In this document: positions 8,064-16,860 of the stretch, piece after piece
Layout: the number at the start of each line of letters is the position of its first letter
Numbering within the stretch: the stretch's first letter is position 1
Made by a program: the position numbers and the translations under genes
NCBI GenBank assembly: GCA_036555955.1
Contig: DATBKH010000149.1
Span: 1 to 38,542 of the forward strand
Direction: 5' to 3'
Source: Candidatus Limnocylindria bacterium
GTDB lineage: Bacteria; Chloroflexota; Limnocylindria; P2-11E
DNA: 38,542 nucleotides
The notes under the pieces: generated by a model
Databases searched by the model: none
What the model was told of the DNA's origin: nothing
What the model saw: only the letters and a program-made list of their open reading frames with translations

Positions 8064-9247
8064 ATCCACGCGACCGTCGCGCGCTCATCGCTCTTCTCGG
8101 TTTTCTCACGTTCAACGCCGTCTACAGCGGCGTCGTGACCGCTCCGGTGCTCACGCAGGTCGCCGATGAGTTCGGCATCACGCCGGGCACCGCGGGTCTC
8201 GTCGTCGCGGCCTACGGGGCGCCGGGCATCGTCGTCGCGGTCCTGACGGGACCCTATTCGGACCGCTTCGGACGTAAGCGGTTCCTCGTGACGGGCTCGC
8301 TGATCATGGGGGTGTTCACGCTGCTGAGCGCCTTCGCGACGAGCTTCGCGGTGCTGGTCGCGACGCGGATCATCGCCGGCGTCGGTGCGTCGGTCATCTT
8401 TCCCAACGTCACCGCGACGGTCGGCGACAACTTCCCGTACCGCGAACGCGGGACCGTCATGGGGACGGTCATCGGTCTGAATACGATGGCGAGCGTCATC
8501 GGCGTGCCGCTCGCCGGGATCATCGGAGAGGGCACGAGCTGGCGTGTCGCGATGGGCATGGTCGGCGCTCTTTCGATCGTGGCCTCGCTCACCCTCCTGT
8601 GGAAGCTCCGTCCCGCTCAGACCGCGCTGAACGAGGCGCGCGTGGCGGAGCTCTATCGCTCGATCGTCACGAACCGCTCCGCCTTGGCCGCGGTCGGCTC
8701 GGGCTTCCTTGGCTCGCTCTACTGGTTCACGTGGGCGACGTACATCGTCGTGTTCTTCGAGCACGAGTTCGGGCTGTCGCAGGGGGTGGCCTCGAGCTAC
8801 GCGCTGACGCAGGGCCTCGGCGTGCTGTTCGGAAGCCAGCTCGGGGCACGCATCGGAACGCGCATCGGCCATCGTCCCGTCGTGGCCGGCAGCGTCGTGA
8901 TCTCCGGCGCGCTGCTCCTGCTGCAGACGAACATCGGGCTACCGCTCGTCGCGACCGCGCTCCTCAATCTCGTGCTCTCGGCGGTGATCGGAGCCCGCTT
9001 CGCCTCGAACACGACGCTCCTCACCGAGCAGGTGCCCGAAGCTCGCGGAACGCTGCTCGCTCTCTCCGCCTCGGTGACGGCAGCGGGAATCGTCGCCGGC
9101 GCCACGGTCGGTGGACTCATCATCGACGGCGCGGGGTTCGGCGCGCTCGGCGTGTTCTGTTTCGGCGCGGCTGCACTTGCCTCTGTCGTCGTGTGGTTCT
9201 TGGTACGTGAAGAGCCCATCGATCTCGAGATCGCACCCGCGGTCTGA
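8060..9247 (+). CDS. MFS transporter
   Basis: In-frame part of track ORF 7832..9247. TTG 8060 overlaps the M20 stop (TTGA). About 12 hydrophobic segments, and a GPYSDRFGRKR loop between TM2 and TM3 typical of MFS. Confidence 0.85.
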   Translation: MNPRDRRALIALLGFLTFNAVYSGVVTAPVLTQVADEFGITPGTAGLVVAAYGAPGIVVAVLTGPYSDRFGRKRFLVTGSLIMGVFTLLSAFATSFAVLVATRIIAGVGASVIFPNVTATVGDNFPYRERGTVMGTVIGLNTMASVIGVPLAGIIGEGTSWRVAMGMVGALSIVASLTLLWKLRPAQTALNEARVAELYRSIVTNRSALAAVGSGFLGSLYWFTWATYIVVFFEHEFGLSQGVASSYALTQGLGVLFGSQLGARIGTRIGHRPVVAGSVVISGALLLLQTNIGLPLVATALLNLVLSAVIGARFASNTTLLTEQVPEARGTLLALSASVTAAGIVAGATVGGLIIDGAGFGALGVFCFGAAALASVVVWFLVREEPIDLEIAPAV

Positions 9248-9352
9248 AGCGCGCCCCGCATCGTTGCCCAACTGTTACGCCGTCTAGCCGTCCGAACGCC
9301 TGCTCGGCATGGCACCTGCCCGTACATATGTCACTCGGAAAAGGAGCAGGCC

Positions 9353-9682
9353 ATGGCACGGAAAGCAGGCGGCGGCATGACCGTCGCCGAAGCGGGTCGA
9401 ATGGGTGGTCGTCTGGTCAGCGAGAAGTACGGTCCTGAGTTCTACGAGAAGATCGGCAAGAAGGGCGGCTCGAGCACGGCGAACAAGTACGGGCCCGAAT
9501 TCTTCGGCCGCATCGGCAAGAAGGGCGGTCGCGCGGTGACCGCCAAGTACGGCGCGGGACACTTCGAGCGGATCGGACGCAAGGGCGGCCAGAAGGTCGC
9601 CGATCTCATCGAACGCGCCAAGACCCTCGAATCCGCCCCCGATCAGGAGCGACAAGAGCAGGAAGCGACCCCCGCCGAGTAG
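9353..9682 (+). CDS. KGG-repeat general stress protein (YciG/GsiB-like)
   Basis: AAGGAG sits 6 nt upstream of the ATG. Three 20-aa repeats of the form KYGPEFxxxIGKKGG, plus an acidic tail. Confidence 0.85.
   Translation: MARKAGGGMTVAEAGRMGGRLVSEKYGPEFYEKIGKKGGSSTANKYGPEFFGRIGKKGGRAVTAKYGAGHFERIGRKGGQKVADLIERAKTLESAPDQERQEQEATPAE
9419..9598 (+). repeat. 3 x 60-nt in-frame tandem repeat encoding the KGG motif
   Basis: SEKYGPEFYEKIGKKGGSST / ANKYGPEFFGRIGKKGGRAV / TAKYGAGHFERIGRKGGQKV, read directly from the translation. Confidence 0.7.
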
Positions 9683-9706
9683 CTGCGGCGAGCGTACCTT
9701 GGTCCC

Positions 9707-10906
9707 TTGATGGACCGGAGGGAGCTTGGAGCGGGGACGCGCGTGGTGCGCGCCGCCCGCTCGCTCCCACCGGGTGAGGGCCAGCCGGTCGTCCCGCCGC
9801 TGATCCAGAGCGTCGCCTTCGACCATGGCGCCGCGGCCGTGCAGGACGCGGTCTTCGGGAACGAACGCCCCGGGTACGTCTACGGCCGTTACGGCACGCC
9901 GACGACGGCCGCGCTGGAACAGGCGCTGGCGGAGCTCGACGGCGTCGAAGCCGTCACTTGCTTTGTCACCGGCATGGCCGCGATCAGCGCCGCCGTCGAC
10001 GCATGCGCGATCTCGCGCGCGGGGCGCGTGGTCGCGCAAGAGGACTGCTACGGGCAGACGCGCGCGCTGTTCGAGCGCTGGCGGCGCGAGCGCTCGGCGG
10101 ATGTGGTCTTCGTCGATACGACCGACCACGGCGCCGTGGAACGCGCGCTCGGCGAACGGCCCACGGCGCTGCTCTACGCGGAGGCGATCTCGAATCCGCT
10201 GCTCCGCGTCAGCGACGTCGCGGCGCTCGCCGCCCTGGCGCGGAAGCACGGCGCGACGCTCGCCGTCGACGCCACGTTCGCGACGCCAATCCTCTGCCGG
10301 CCCGCCGGGCTTGGCGCGGGGATGGTGATCCACTCGCTCACCAAGTACGTGAACGGTCACGGCGACGTCATGGGCGGCGCGGTCGGCGGCTCGAGAGAGC
10401 TTGCCGCGGCGATGCGCGAGCGCACGATCCTCGACGGCGCGTACCTGCCGCCGCACGAAGCCTGGCTCGCGATCCGCGGCATGCGAACGCTCGCGCTTCG
10501 CGTGCGGCGCCAGTGCGACAGCGCCCTCGGCCTGGCACGGCACCTCGCGGCGCACGCCAAGGTGGAGCGGGTTCGTTATCCGGGGCTCGACGGTCATCCG
10601 CAGCACGAGCTCGCCACGCGGCAGTTCGCCGGGCGCTACGGCGGCGTCGTGTCGATCGTCCTGCGCGAGGACACGAAAGCGGCGGCCTTCCGCTTCCTCG
10701 ACGCGCTGGAGCTGGCCGCATCCGCGACGACGATCGGGGATCTGTTCACGGAGGTGCTGTACCCGCCGATCTCCTCGCACCGCCGCCTTCCGCCGGACGA
10801 GCGCCGCCGCATCGGCATAACCGACGGCTACCTCCGCATCTCGGTCGGCATCGAGGAACCAGAGGACATCGTCGCCGACATCGATCGCGCACTTGCCGCC
10901 GTCTAA
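9707..10906 (+). CDS. Cys/Met-metabolism PLP-dependent enzyme (cystathionine gamma-synthase/lyase or sulfhydrylase family), paralogue 1
   Basis: 399 aa, starting at TTG 9707 or ATG 9710. SLTKYVNGHGDVMGG contains the PLP lysine. A C-terminal YLRISVGIE motif is present. Confidence 0.85.
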   Translation: MMDRRELGAGTRVVRAARSLPPGEGQPVVPPLIQSVAFDHGAAAVQDAVFGNERPGYVYGRYGTPTTAALEQALAELDGVEAVTCFVTGMAAISAAVDACAISRAGRVVAQEDCYGQTRALFERWRRERSADVVFVDTTDHGAVERALGERPTALLYAEAISNPLLRVSDVAALAALARKHGATLAVDATFATPILCRPAGLGAGMVIHSLTKYVNGHGDVMGGAVGGSRELAAAMRERTILDGAYLPPHEAWLAIRGMRTLALRVRRQCDSALGLARHLAAHAKVERVRYPGLDGHPQHELATRQFAGRYGGVVSIVLREDTKAAAFRFLDALELAASATTIGDLFTEVLYPPISSHRRLPPDERRRIGITDGYLRISVGIEEPEDIVADIDRALAAV

Positions 10907-12032
10907 GCCGCTGCCGCGCGCGCTCGTCTTCAACTGCCACATCACGGGGCTCGCGGTCGCCCGCTCGCTCGCGGCGCACGGTGTCGAGGTGATCGCTCTG
11001 GATCCGGACCCGCGCGGTCTCGGTCAGGCATCGCGCGCGGTCCGCGAGAGCCGCGCGTGCCCGAATCCGCTCGAGGACGAGCGCGGGTTCGTCCAGTACC
11101 TGCTCGAGGACGCGCGCCGCTTCGGCGATGGCGCGGTCCTGTTTCCGACGAACGACGAGTGGGTTATGGCCGTCGCGCGCTACCGCTCTCAGCTCGAGAC
11201 GGTGTTCCGCATCCCGTTCAGCGAGCTCTCGGTCATCGATGCGGTCCTCGACAAGCGCCGGCTCTACGCCGACGCGCACCACCTCGGCATCCCGATCCCG
11301 CGCACGTTCACGCTCAACGACGTGAAAGCCACGGCGCGCGAGATCCGCTATCCCGCGATCGTGAAGCCCGCGGAGCAGCGCCGCTTCTACGACCGCTTCG
11401 GCGTGAAGGTATTCCGCGCCGAGAACGCAGCCGAGCTGGTCCGCTTCGCCCAGCAGGCCGCCGATCTCGCCTGCGTCGCGCAGGAGATCGTCGACGTCCC
11501 CGCCGGCGGGTTCTACTCGTTCTGCTCGTACATAGCGCCGGGCGGCGAGGTCCGGGGCGCTTTCGTCGGTCGCAAACTCGAGCAGTACCCCGAGGGATTC
11601 GGGACCGGATGCCTGGTGATCGGCGAGCAGGTGCCGGAGATCGTGGAGCGCGGCACCGCGATCTTGAAAGCGTTCGGCTATCACGGCATCAGCGAGGTCG
11701 AGTTCATCTGGGATCCCGCGCGGAAGGAGCATCTGCTTCTCGACGTGAACCCGCGCGTCTGGAAGTGGGTCGGACTGCCGATCGCGAGCGGCGTCGACCT
11801 GCCGTGGCTCGCGTACAGCGAGGCGATCGGCGAGCCCGCGCACGCCGCCGAGCCGCGCGACGGCCTGCGCTGGATCTACGAGCGCGACTACGCGCTCCTC
11901 GCGCGATCGCGACCGCTCTTCCCGGCGACGGGGGAGGTCGTGAACGCCGTCTGGGACCCGGACGACCCGGGTCCGTTCGCCCAGCTCATCCTGAACGAGG
12001 GACCCGGAGGCGCCTACTACTGCGCCTGCTAG
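10893..12032 (+). CDS. ATP-grasp domain protein (COG3919-like carboxylate-amine ligase)
   Basis: 379 aa. TTG 10893 overlaps the PLP gene by 14 nt. It has a Rossmann-like N-terminus, YPAIVKP, EIVDVPAGGFYSF, and EVEFIWDP...LLLDVNPR typical of ATP-grasp folds. Confidence 0.8.
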   Translation: MPPSKPLPRALVFNCHITGLAVARSLAAHGVEVIALDPDPRGLGQASRAVRESRACPNPLEDERGFVQYLLEDARRFGDGAVLFPTNDEWVMAVARYRSQLETVFRIPFSELSVIDAVLDKRRLYADAHHLGIPIPRTFTLNDVKATAREIRYPAIVKPAEQRRFYDRFGVKVFRAENAAELVRFAQQAADLACVAQEIVDVPAGGFYSFCSYIAPGGEVRGAFVGRKLEQYPEGFGTGCLVIGEQVPEIVERGTAILKAFGYHGISEVEFIWDPARKEHLLLDVNPRVWKWVGLPIASGVDLPWLAYSEAIGEPAHAAEPRDGLRWIYERDYALLARSRPLFPATGEVVNAVWDPDDPGPFAQLILNEGPGGAYYCAC

Positions 12033-12127
12033 CGAAGCTGCAGGCGCAGCTGGCTCGGCGCGAAGCGCCGTGAGTCAGACTCGGAGCCTGCTAGCGACGC
12101 AGCGGGCTCGGCGCGAAGCGCCGTGAG
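12024..12127. repeat. Imperfect tandem duplication (51 nt + 42 nt); each copy carries a CGGCGC-GAA-GCGCCG hairpin
   Basis: gcctgctagcga occurs at 12024 and 12086. ggctcggcgcgaagcgccgtgag occurs at 12052 and 12105. Hairpins lie at 12056-12070 and 12109-12123. The first copy includes the ATP-grasp stop codon. Confidence 0.6.
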
Positions 12128-12167
12128 CGCCGGCGCCGTGTGCGCTCGGTATCGGCCACGTACTGTG

Positions 12168-12830
12168 ATGCGCGGTGCTGCGGTGACGGTGGGCGGTGAC
12201 GGCCTGAGCGAGGGCGCGCAGCGGCACGTTCGTTTCGTCGGCCTGCGCCGGGCGGTGCTCTTCGTCGGTGCGCCGCGCGTCCCCAAGGCGCGCCATCGCC
12301 GGCATGTCATCTTCGCGATCGCGGGGATCGTGTTCCTCGTAGCGTTCAACGTCGCGGTCTTCCTCGCGCCGATCGACTACAGCGCCTTCACCTCATTCGC
12401 GTACCTCGGCGCGTTCGTCGTAACGCTTCTTGCCAACGCATTGATCGCGGTCCCGATCCCGTACATTCCCATCGTCGTGCACATCGGCGCGACCGCCGAC
12501 CTTCCGGCGCTCGTGGTCTTCCTGGCCGCGCTCGGATCGGTGCTCGGCGAGTCGGTCGCGTTCCTGGCCGGCCGGGCTGAGCTCGGTCTGGTCTCAGAGC
12601 AACCCATCTACAAGCGATTGCATCGGGTCGCGCAGCGTCCGCTCCTCGCCGGCGCCGTGCTCTTCGCGTTCGCCGCGATTCCCAATCCGGTCTTCGATGT
12701 CGGTGGGCTCGCGGCGGGAGCGGTGGGCGTTCCCTATCGCCTGTTCTTCTCCGCGGTGTTCGCGGCCCGGCTCGTTCGTATCGCCGCGATCGTGTGGCTT
12801 GGCACGCTCATCGGCCTGCCGCACTTCTGA
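12168..12830 (+). CDS. DedA/YqaA-like (VTT/SNARE-associated) membrane protein; start uncertain
   Basis: Track ORF 12123..12830. The GTG at 12123 lies inside the repeat, so ATG 12168 or GTG 12255 is more likely. It has multiple TM helices (IAVPIPYIPIVV..., GESVAFLAGR) as in small DedA/YqaA proteins. Confidence 0.7.
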   Translation: MRGAAVTVGGDGLSEGAQRHVRFVGLRRAVLFVGAPRVPKARHRRHVIFAIAGIVFLVAFNVAVFLAPIDYSAFTSFAYLGAFVVTLLANALIAVPIPYIPIVVHIGATADLPALVVFLAALGSVLGESVAFLAGRAELGLVSEQPIYKRLHRVAQRPLLAGAVLFAFAAIPNPVFDVGGLAAGAVGVPYRLFFSAVFAARLVRIAAIVWLGTLIGLPHF

Positions 12831-12862
12831 GCCGACACTTCGCGTCAATAGAATCCGAAGTC

Positions 12863-13894
12863 ATGCGCTTCGGCTTCTGGATGCCCGTGTTCGGTGGATG
12901 GCTGCGCAACGTCGAGGACGAGGGCATGCCCGCGACCTTCGCGTACCAGCGCGACCTCGCGCAGCACGCCGACCGCACCGGCTGGGACGTCACGCTCATC
13001 GCCGAGCTGAACCTGAACGACATCAAGGGGCCCGAGGCCGACACGCTCGAGGCCTGGACGACGGCGGCCGCGCTCGCGCCGCTCACCGAACGGCTCGAGC
13101 TTATGACCGCGGTCCGGCCGAACTTCCGCTTGCCCGCGCTCGTCGCAAAGGAGGCCGCGACGATCGACCACATCTCGAACGGGCGCTTCACGCTGAACGT
13201 CGTCAGCGCGTGGTGGCAGCAGGAGAGCGATCAGTACGGCGGCGCCTGGGTCCAGCACGACGAGCGGTACGCGCGCACGGGCGAGTTCCTCGCCGTCCTG
13301 AAAGGCATGTGGACGAAGGACGAGTACACGCTCGCGGGGCGCTACTACACGATCAAAGCCGCGCACCTTGCGCCGAAGCCCGTCCAGAAGCCGTGGCCGG
13401 TGCTCTACGCGGGCGGAGAGTCGCCGGCGGCGAAGGACCTCATCGCCCGCGAGTGCGACGCCTATCTCATGCACGGCGATCCGCTCGACGCGATCGCCTC
13501 GAAGATCGAGGACATGCGTGCGCGTCGCGCGAAGCATCCCGATCTCCCACCGCTGCGCTTCGGCGTTGCGGGATACGCGATCGTCCGGCCGAACGACGCG
13601 GCTGTGAAGAAGGAGCTCGCCCGGATCACCGACGTTCGCGCGAGCGCGCGCGGCTACGCGAGCTACCAGGAGTTCGTCAAAGGCTCGCAGCTCGAGACCG
13701 AGGTCTCGCTCGAGGACTACAGCGTTTCGAATCGTGGACTGCGGACGGGACTGGTCGGCACGCCCGATCAGGTCGCAGAACGCGTGCGCGAGCTCGATCG
13801 GATCGGCGTCGATCTGCTTCTCCTGCAATCGAGTCCGCAGCGCGAGGAGATGGAGCGCTTCTCGTCGGAGGTCTTCCCGCTCGTCAGGCACTAG
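12863..13894 (+). CDS. LLM-class FMN-dependent monooxygenase, SfnG/SsuD-like
   Basis: ATG 12863 (MRFGFWMPVFGGW...). TIDHISNGRFTLNVVSAWW, HDERYARTGEFL and LVGTPDQVAERVREL... resemble dimethylsulfone/alkanesulfonate monooxygenases. Confidence 0.85.
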   Translation: MRFGFWMPVFGGWLRNVEDEGMPATFAYQRDLAQHADRTGWDVTLIAELNLNDIKGPEADTLEAWTTAAALAPLTERLELMTAVRPNFRLPALVAKEAATIDHISNGRFTLNVVSAWWQQESDQYGGAWVQHDERYARTGEFLAVLKGMWTKDEYTLAGRYYTIKAAHLAPKPVQKPWPVLYAGGESPAAKDLIARECDAYLMHGDPLDAIASKIEDMRARRAKHPDLPPLRFGVAGYAIVRPNDAAVKKELARITDVRASARGYASYQEFVKGSQLETEVSLEDYSVSNRGLRTGLVGTPDQVAERVRELDRIGVDLLLLQSSPQREEMERFSSEVFPLVRH

Positions 13895-13948
13895 CCCTCT
13901 ACGATTCGCACGCGGCCGAGCCGGGCCGCCATGTGGGGAGGTAGCCAA

Positions 13949-14917
13949 ATGCGCCGCTGGTCGATCGCCGCCGTTGCCGCGGCCCTCATGCTCCTGTCGG
14001 CACAGCCCGTGCTCGCGACGCACACGCGAACCGACGCGTTCCGAAACTTCGCGGATCTCGCCACCCCGAGATGTCACAACCCTGAGGGGATCGAGGCCGA
14101 TGCAGCCGGAAACCTCTACGCCGCCGGCCTCTCCGGGAACGTCTGCGTCGTCAGCCCCAGCGGCACGGTGACCCGCGTGATCACGGTCGCCGCGGGCCAT
14201 GCCCTGCTCGGCGAGCTTCTGGTCCCAGGTGAGGGCATGTACGTCGCGGACAACAACGGCGATTTCAGCGGGGGCCGGATCGTTCGTGTGAACCTCACGA
14301 CCGGAACGGTCACCGAGATCAGCTCCGGTTTCGCCGCGCCGAACGCCATCGAGCGACGGAACGGCCTGCTGTTCGTCTCGGATTCCTTCGCGGGCGCGGT
14401 CTACACCGTGAACCCGGCGACGGGAGCGAAGGCGCTATGGAAGCAGGACCTTCTCCTGCAACCCGACGGCACCCCGCCGTTCGGCGCGAACGGCCTCGCG
14501 TTCGACGGCAAGGGCCGCTATCTCTATGTCGCGAACACCTCGACCGACCGGATCCTGCGCATCGCGGTGAACCCGAACGGAAGCGCCGGCGACATCTCGA
14601 TCTTCGCCGACGGCGCGGCGATCAACGCGCGTCGCGGGACCACCGGCGCGCTCGACGGCGCCGACGGCATCACCTTCGACAAGTCCGGGATGCTGTGGGT
14701 CTCGGCGAATCAGGCCAACGAGGTGCAGGTGCTCTCGAAGACCGGTTCGCTCATCAAGCGCTTTGCCGGAAGCGGTGATGACGCTCTCGTCTTCCCGGCA
14801 AGTCCCATCTTCGTCGGCAAGACGCTCTACGTGACGAACCTCTACTTCGGCGCCTTCGGCGGGAAACTCTCCGTTCTCGGCCGAGATGCCGGCGCGAGGA
14901 ACGACGCCGGCGACTAA
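13949..14917 (+). CDS. Secreted six-bladed beta-propeller protein (SMP-30/gluconolactonase/LRE- or NHL-like)
   Basis: GGAGGT sits 8 nt upstream of ATG 13949. Signal peptide MRRWSIAAVAAALMLLSAQPVLA. Repeated blade motifs: MYVADN, LFVSDS, LYVANT, LWVSAN, LYVTNL. Confidence 0.75.
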   Translation: MRRWSIAAVAAALMLLSAQPVLATHTRTDAFRNFADLATPRCHNPEGIEADAAGNLYAAGLSGNVCVVSPSGTVTRVITVAAGHALLGELLVPGEGMYVADNNGDFSGGRIVRVNLTTGTVTEISSGFAAPNAIERRNGLLFVSDSFAGAVYTVNPATGAKALWKQDLLLQPDGTPPFGANGLAFDGKGRYLYVANTSTDRILRIAVNPNGSAGDISIFADGAAINARRGTTGALDGADGITFDKSGMLWVSANQANEVQVLSKTGSLIKRFAGSGDDALVFPASPIFVGKTLYVTNLYFGAFGGKLSVLGRDAGARNDAGD

Positions 14918-15036
14918 GGGCACGCCTCAGGCGGCGGGATCGACCGAAACCCTCTTTGCTCGCTGGGACGCCTCGGCCTCGCGGCCGGTATCCCGTGTCG
15001 CGGGGGCCCTCGGTCGATCTCGCCCCGCACGAAAGC

Positions 15037-16860
15037 TCAACGTTCTCGTCTCAAGTAGTCGAGGATCTCCGCCATGACTCGGCAGTCGACCTCGTTGTAG
15101 CGCGCGATCTCCTGCATGACGGGGGACTCGGAGAGGATCCGGCCGCGAGCACGCGAGTCGGCCGCGGCAGCCCACGCTCCGGCCATGGCGCCGGCGCCAT
15201 CGGCGAGACCTTCGCTCCACTGCGTCTGGATGAGCCCGTGCGCGCGCATGGCGCGTGCGATCGCCTTCAGGCCGAAGGAGAACGCGCCCTTCACGACGAT
15301 CGGCTCGGCGCGGAAGACACGTCCCAGCAGGTCGTACCAGTCGAGCGGGGGCCACTCGCGATCGGGATGGCGCGAGCGCGCGGACTCGTACGCACGCTCG
15401 AAGTTCGATTCCTCGGCGAGCGACCAATGGACGAGCCGCACGTCGCTGGCCGAGTCGCGTCCGGCTTCGCGCGCGATCTCGCCGAGATGCGCGAGCCAGG
15501 CGTCGATCATGCGTCCTTCGGCCTCGATCCCGAGATCGTCGACGGTGAACTGGCGAAACGCCCAGCGCCGATCGCGGTACGTTCCGGAGCCGATCTGGAA
15601 GATGAGCGATTGCCCGCCCTTCCGCGGGAAAGCGCTGAAGTCGTCGTCGAGGTCGTGCACGAACTCGAAATCGACAAAGGCCTCGGCCGGCGCCGCGGTC
15701 CGCCAGCTCTCCCCGTCGGCGGTGACGCGCGCCGGACGGATGACTTCGCGAGCGTCGCGGTTCACTTCGATGACCGCATCGAGCGTCCGCGCCTGGTCTC
15801 CCTCGATGCCGAGGAGTCCCGCCGATGTCCGCTCGTCGTCCCACCGCGTCACGCCGACGGCGTGCGCGGCCGTTCGGAGCGCGACGTTCACGCGTGGCAG
15901 GATCGTGAGCTCGCCGAGCTTGGTCGCGATCTCGGTCTTCGCGTGGTGCCACGGAAAGTCGCTCGCCGCCTTCATGTTCGGCCAGAGCTCGGGCACCGAC
16001 GGCACCGGAAGGGCGCGCCACTCGGCTCCCTCGGTGCGCAGACGGCGGACCCACGACAGCCCGCCGGCGACGATCTCGGCGATGTCCGCCTCGCGCGAGC
16101 GCACGTACGTCTCACGCGGCACGCGCGCGAGCTTTTCCCAGCACCGGTCCCCGCGATCGCTGCCCTGCCGCCATCCGCGTCCGGCCACGTAGGCGGCCGG
16201 CGGCGTGAATCCCTGCAGTCGTCCGAGCGCCTCGTTGTAGATCCACGCCTGCGTCATGACGTGCACCTGGTCCGCGCCGAGGGTGCCGTCCTTCAACAGC
16301 CGGAGCGTCGAGAATTTGAGCTCGACGAGACGGTAGTGGCGGCCGTGGCGCAGCGCGACGACGGGCAGCTCCAGCTGATCGCCGACGAACGCGTCGGGAC
16401 ACAGCTCGGTCAGCACGTCGGATCGCACGAGCAGGTCGGCGATGCCGTAGGTCCTCCGCTCGGGGTCGCGGAGCACACCCGCCGCGATGAGCGGCGCGCC
16501 GTTCTTCATGGCGTCCCACGTCGCCTCGGCCGCGGCGAGCGAGCGCGACTCGTCCGGTCGCGTCGTGACGCGGGTCACCGGCCAGCGCCGCTGCAGGTCG
16601 ACGATCACGGCCTGCTCGAAGCGCCGGCCCTGCTCCATGAGATAGCGCGCGAGGTCGAAGACGCGGTCGTACGTCGGCAGCTGGTCGTCCCGCCGGAAGC
16701 CGTGCTGCTCGCCGTACTCAGCCAGCCAGTCGGCGAGGAGGTCGCCCTCGCACCAATTGCGCAGCTCGCCCGCCGGTACCCAGTCGAGCCACTCCGCGTC
16801 GCTCCGCGGGTCGACGAGCGCGCCGTCGTCGCGTTGCGTGATCGCGGCGCGGCCGATCAC
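15037..16860 (-). CDS. RecB-family nuclease, TM0106-like (N-terminal PD-(D/E)xK plus C-terminal RNase-H-like/YprB exonuclease domain)
   Basis: 607 aa. GTG 16860 overlaps the HAD stop (GTGA). PD-(D/E)xK elements: GIADLLVR...YRLVELKFS...QAWIYNEAL. HhH-like stretch: ILPRVNVALRTAAHAVGV. Exonuclease motifs: FVDFEF, HWSLAEE, ARYNEVDCRVM. Confidence 0.75.
   Translation of the reverse strand: MIGRAAITQRDDGALVDPRSDAEWLDWVPAGELRNWCEGDLLADWLAEYGEQHGFRRDDQLPTYDRVFDLARYLMEQGRRFEQAVIVDLQRRWPVTRVTTRPDESRSLAAAEATWDAMKNGAPLIAAGVLRDPERRTYGIADLLVRSDVLTELCPDAFVGDQLELPVVALRHGRHYRLVELKFSTLRLLKDGTLGADQVHVMTQAWIYNEALGRLQGFTPPAAYVAGRGWRQGSDRGDRCWEKLARVPRETYVRSREADIAEIVAGGLSWVRRLRTEGAEWRALPVPSVPELWPNMKAASDFPWHHAKTEIATKLGELTILPRVNVALRTAAHAVGVTRWDDERTSAGLLGIEGDQARTLDAVIEVNRDAREVIRPARVTADGESWRTAAPAEAFVDFEFVHDLDDDFSAFPRKGGQSLIFQIGSGTYRDRRWAFRQFTVDDLGIEAEGRMIDAWLAHLGEIAREAGRDSASDVRLVHWSLAEESNFERAYESARSRHPDREWPPLDWYDLLGRVFRAEPIVVKGAFSFGLKAIARAMRAHGLIQTQWSEGLADGAGAMAGAWAAAADSRARGRILSESPVMQEIARYNEVDCRVMAEILDYLRRER

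Noticed and set aside
9310-9325. TGGCAC upstream of the KGG gene, considered as a sigma-54 -24 element.
   Set aside because: The required -12 TTGC/TGC(A/T) element is not at the correct spacing (TGGCAC-CTGCC-CGTAC), and no enhancer-binding protein gene is nearby.
9419-12127. Short tandem repeats (KGG repeats at 9419-9598; the 12024-12127 duplication) considered as CRISPR-like arrays.
   Set aside because: The first set is in-frame coding repeats. The second has only two copies, no unique spacers of regular length, and no cas genes nearby.
15037-16860. Reading the RecB-family nuclease as part of a known anti-phage defence system.
   Set aside because: There is no adjacent ATPase, helicase, methyltransferase, TIR/SIR2, reverse transcriptase or toxin-antitoxin partner, and the flanks are metabolic genes. 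The HAD pairing is reported as unexplained rather than as defence.
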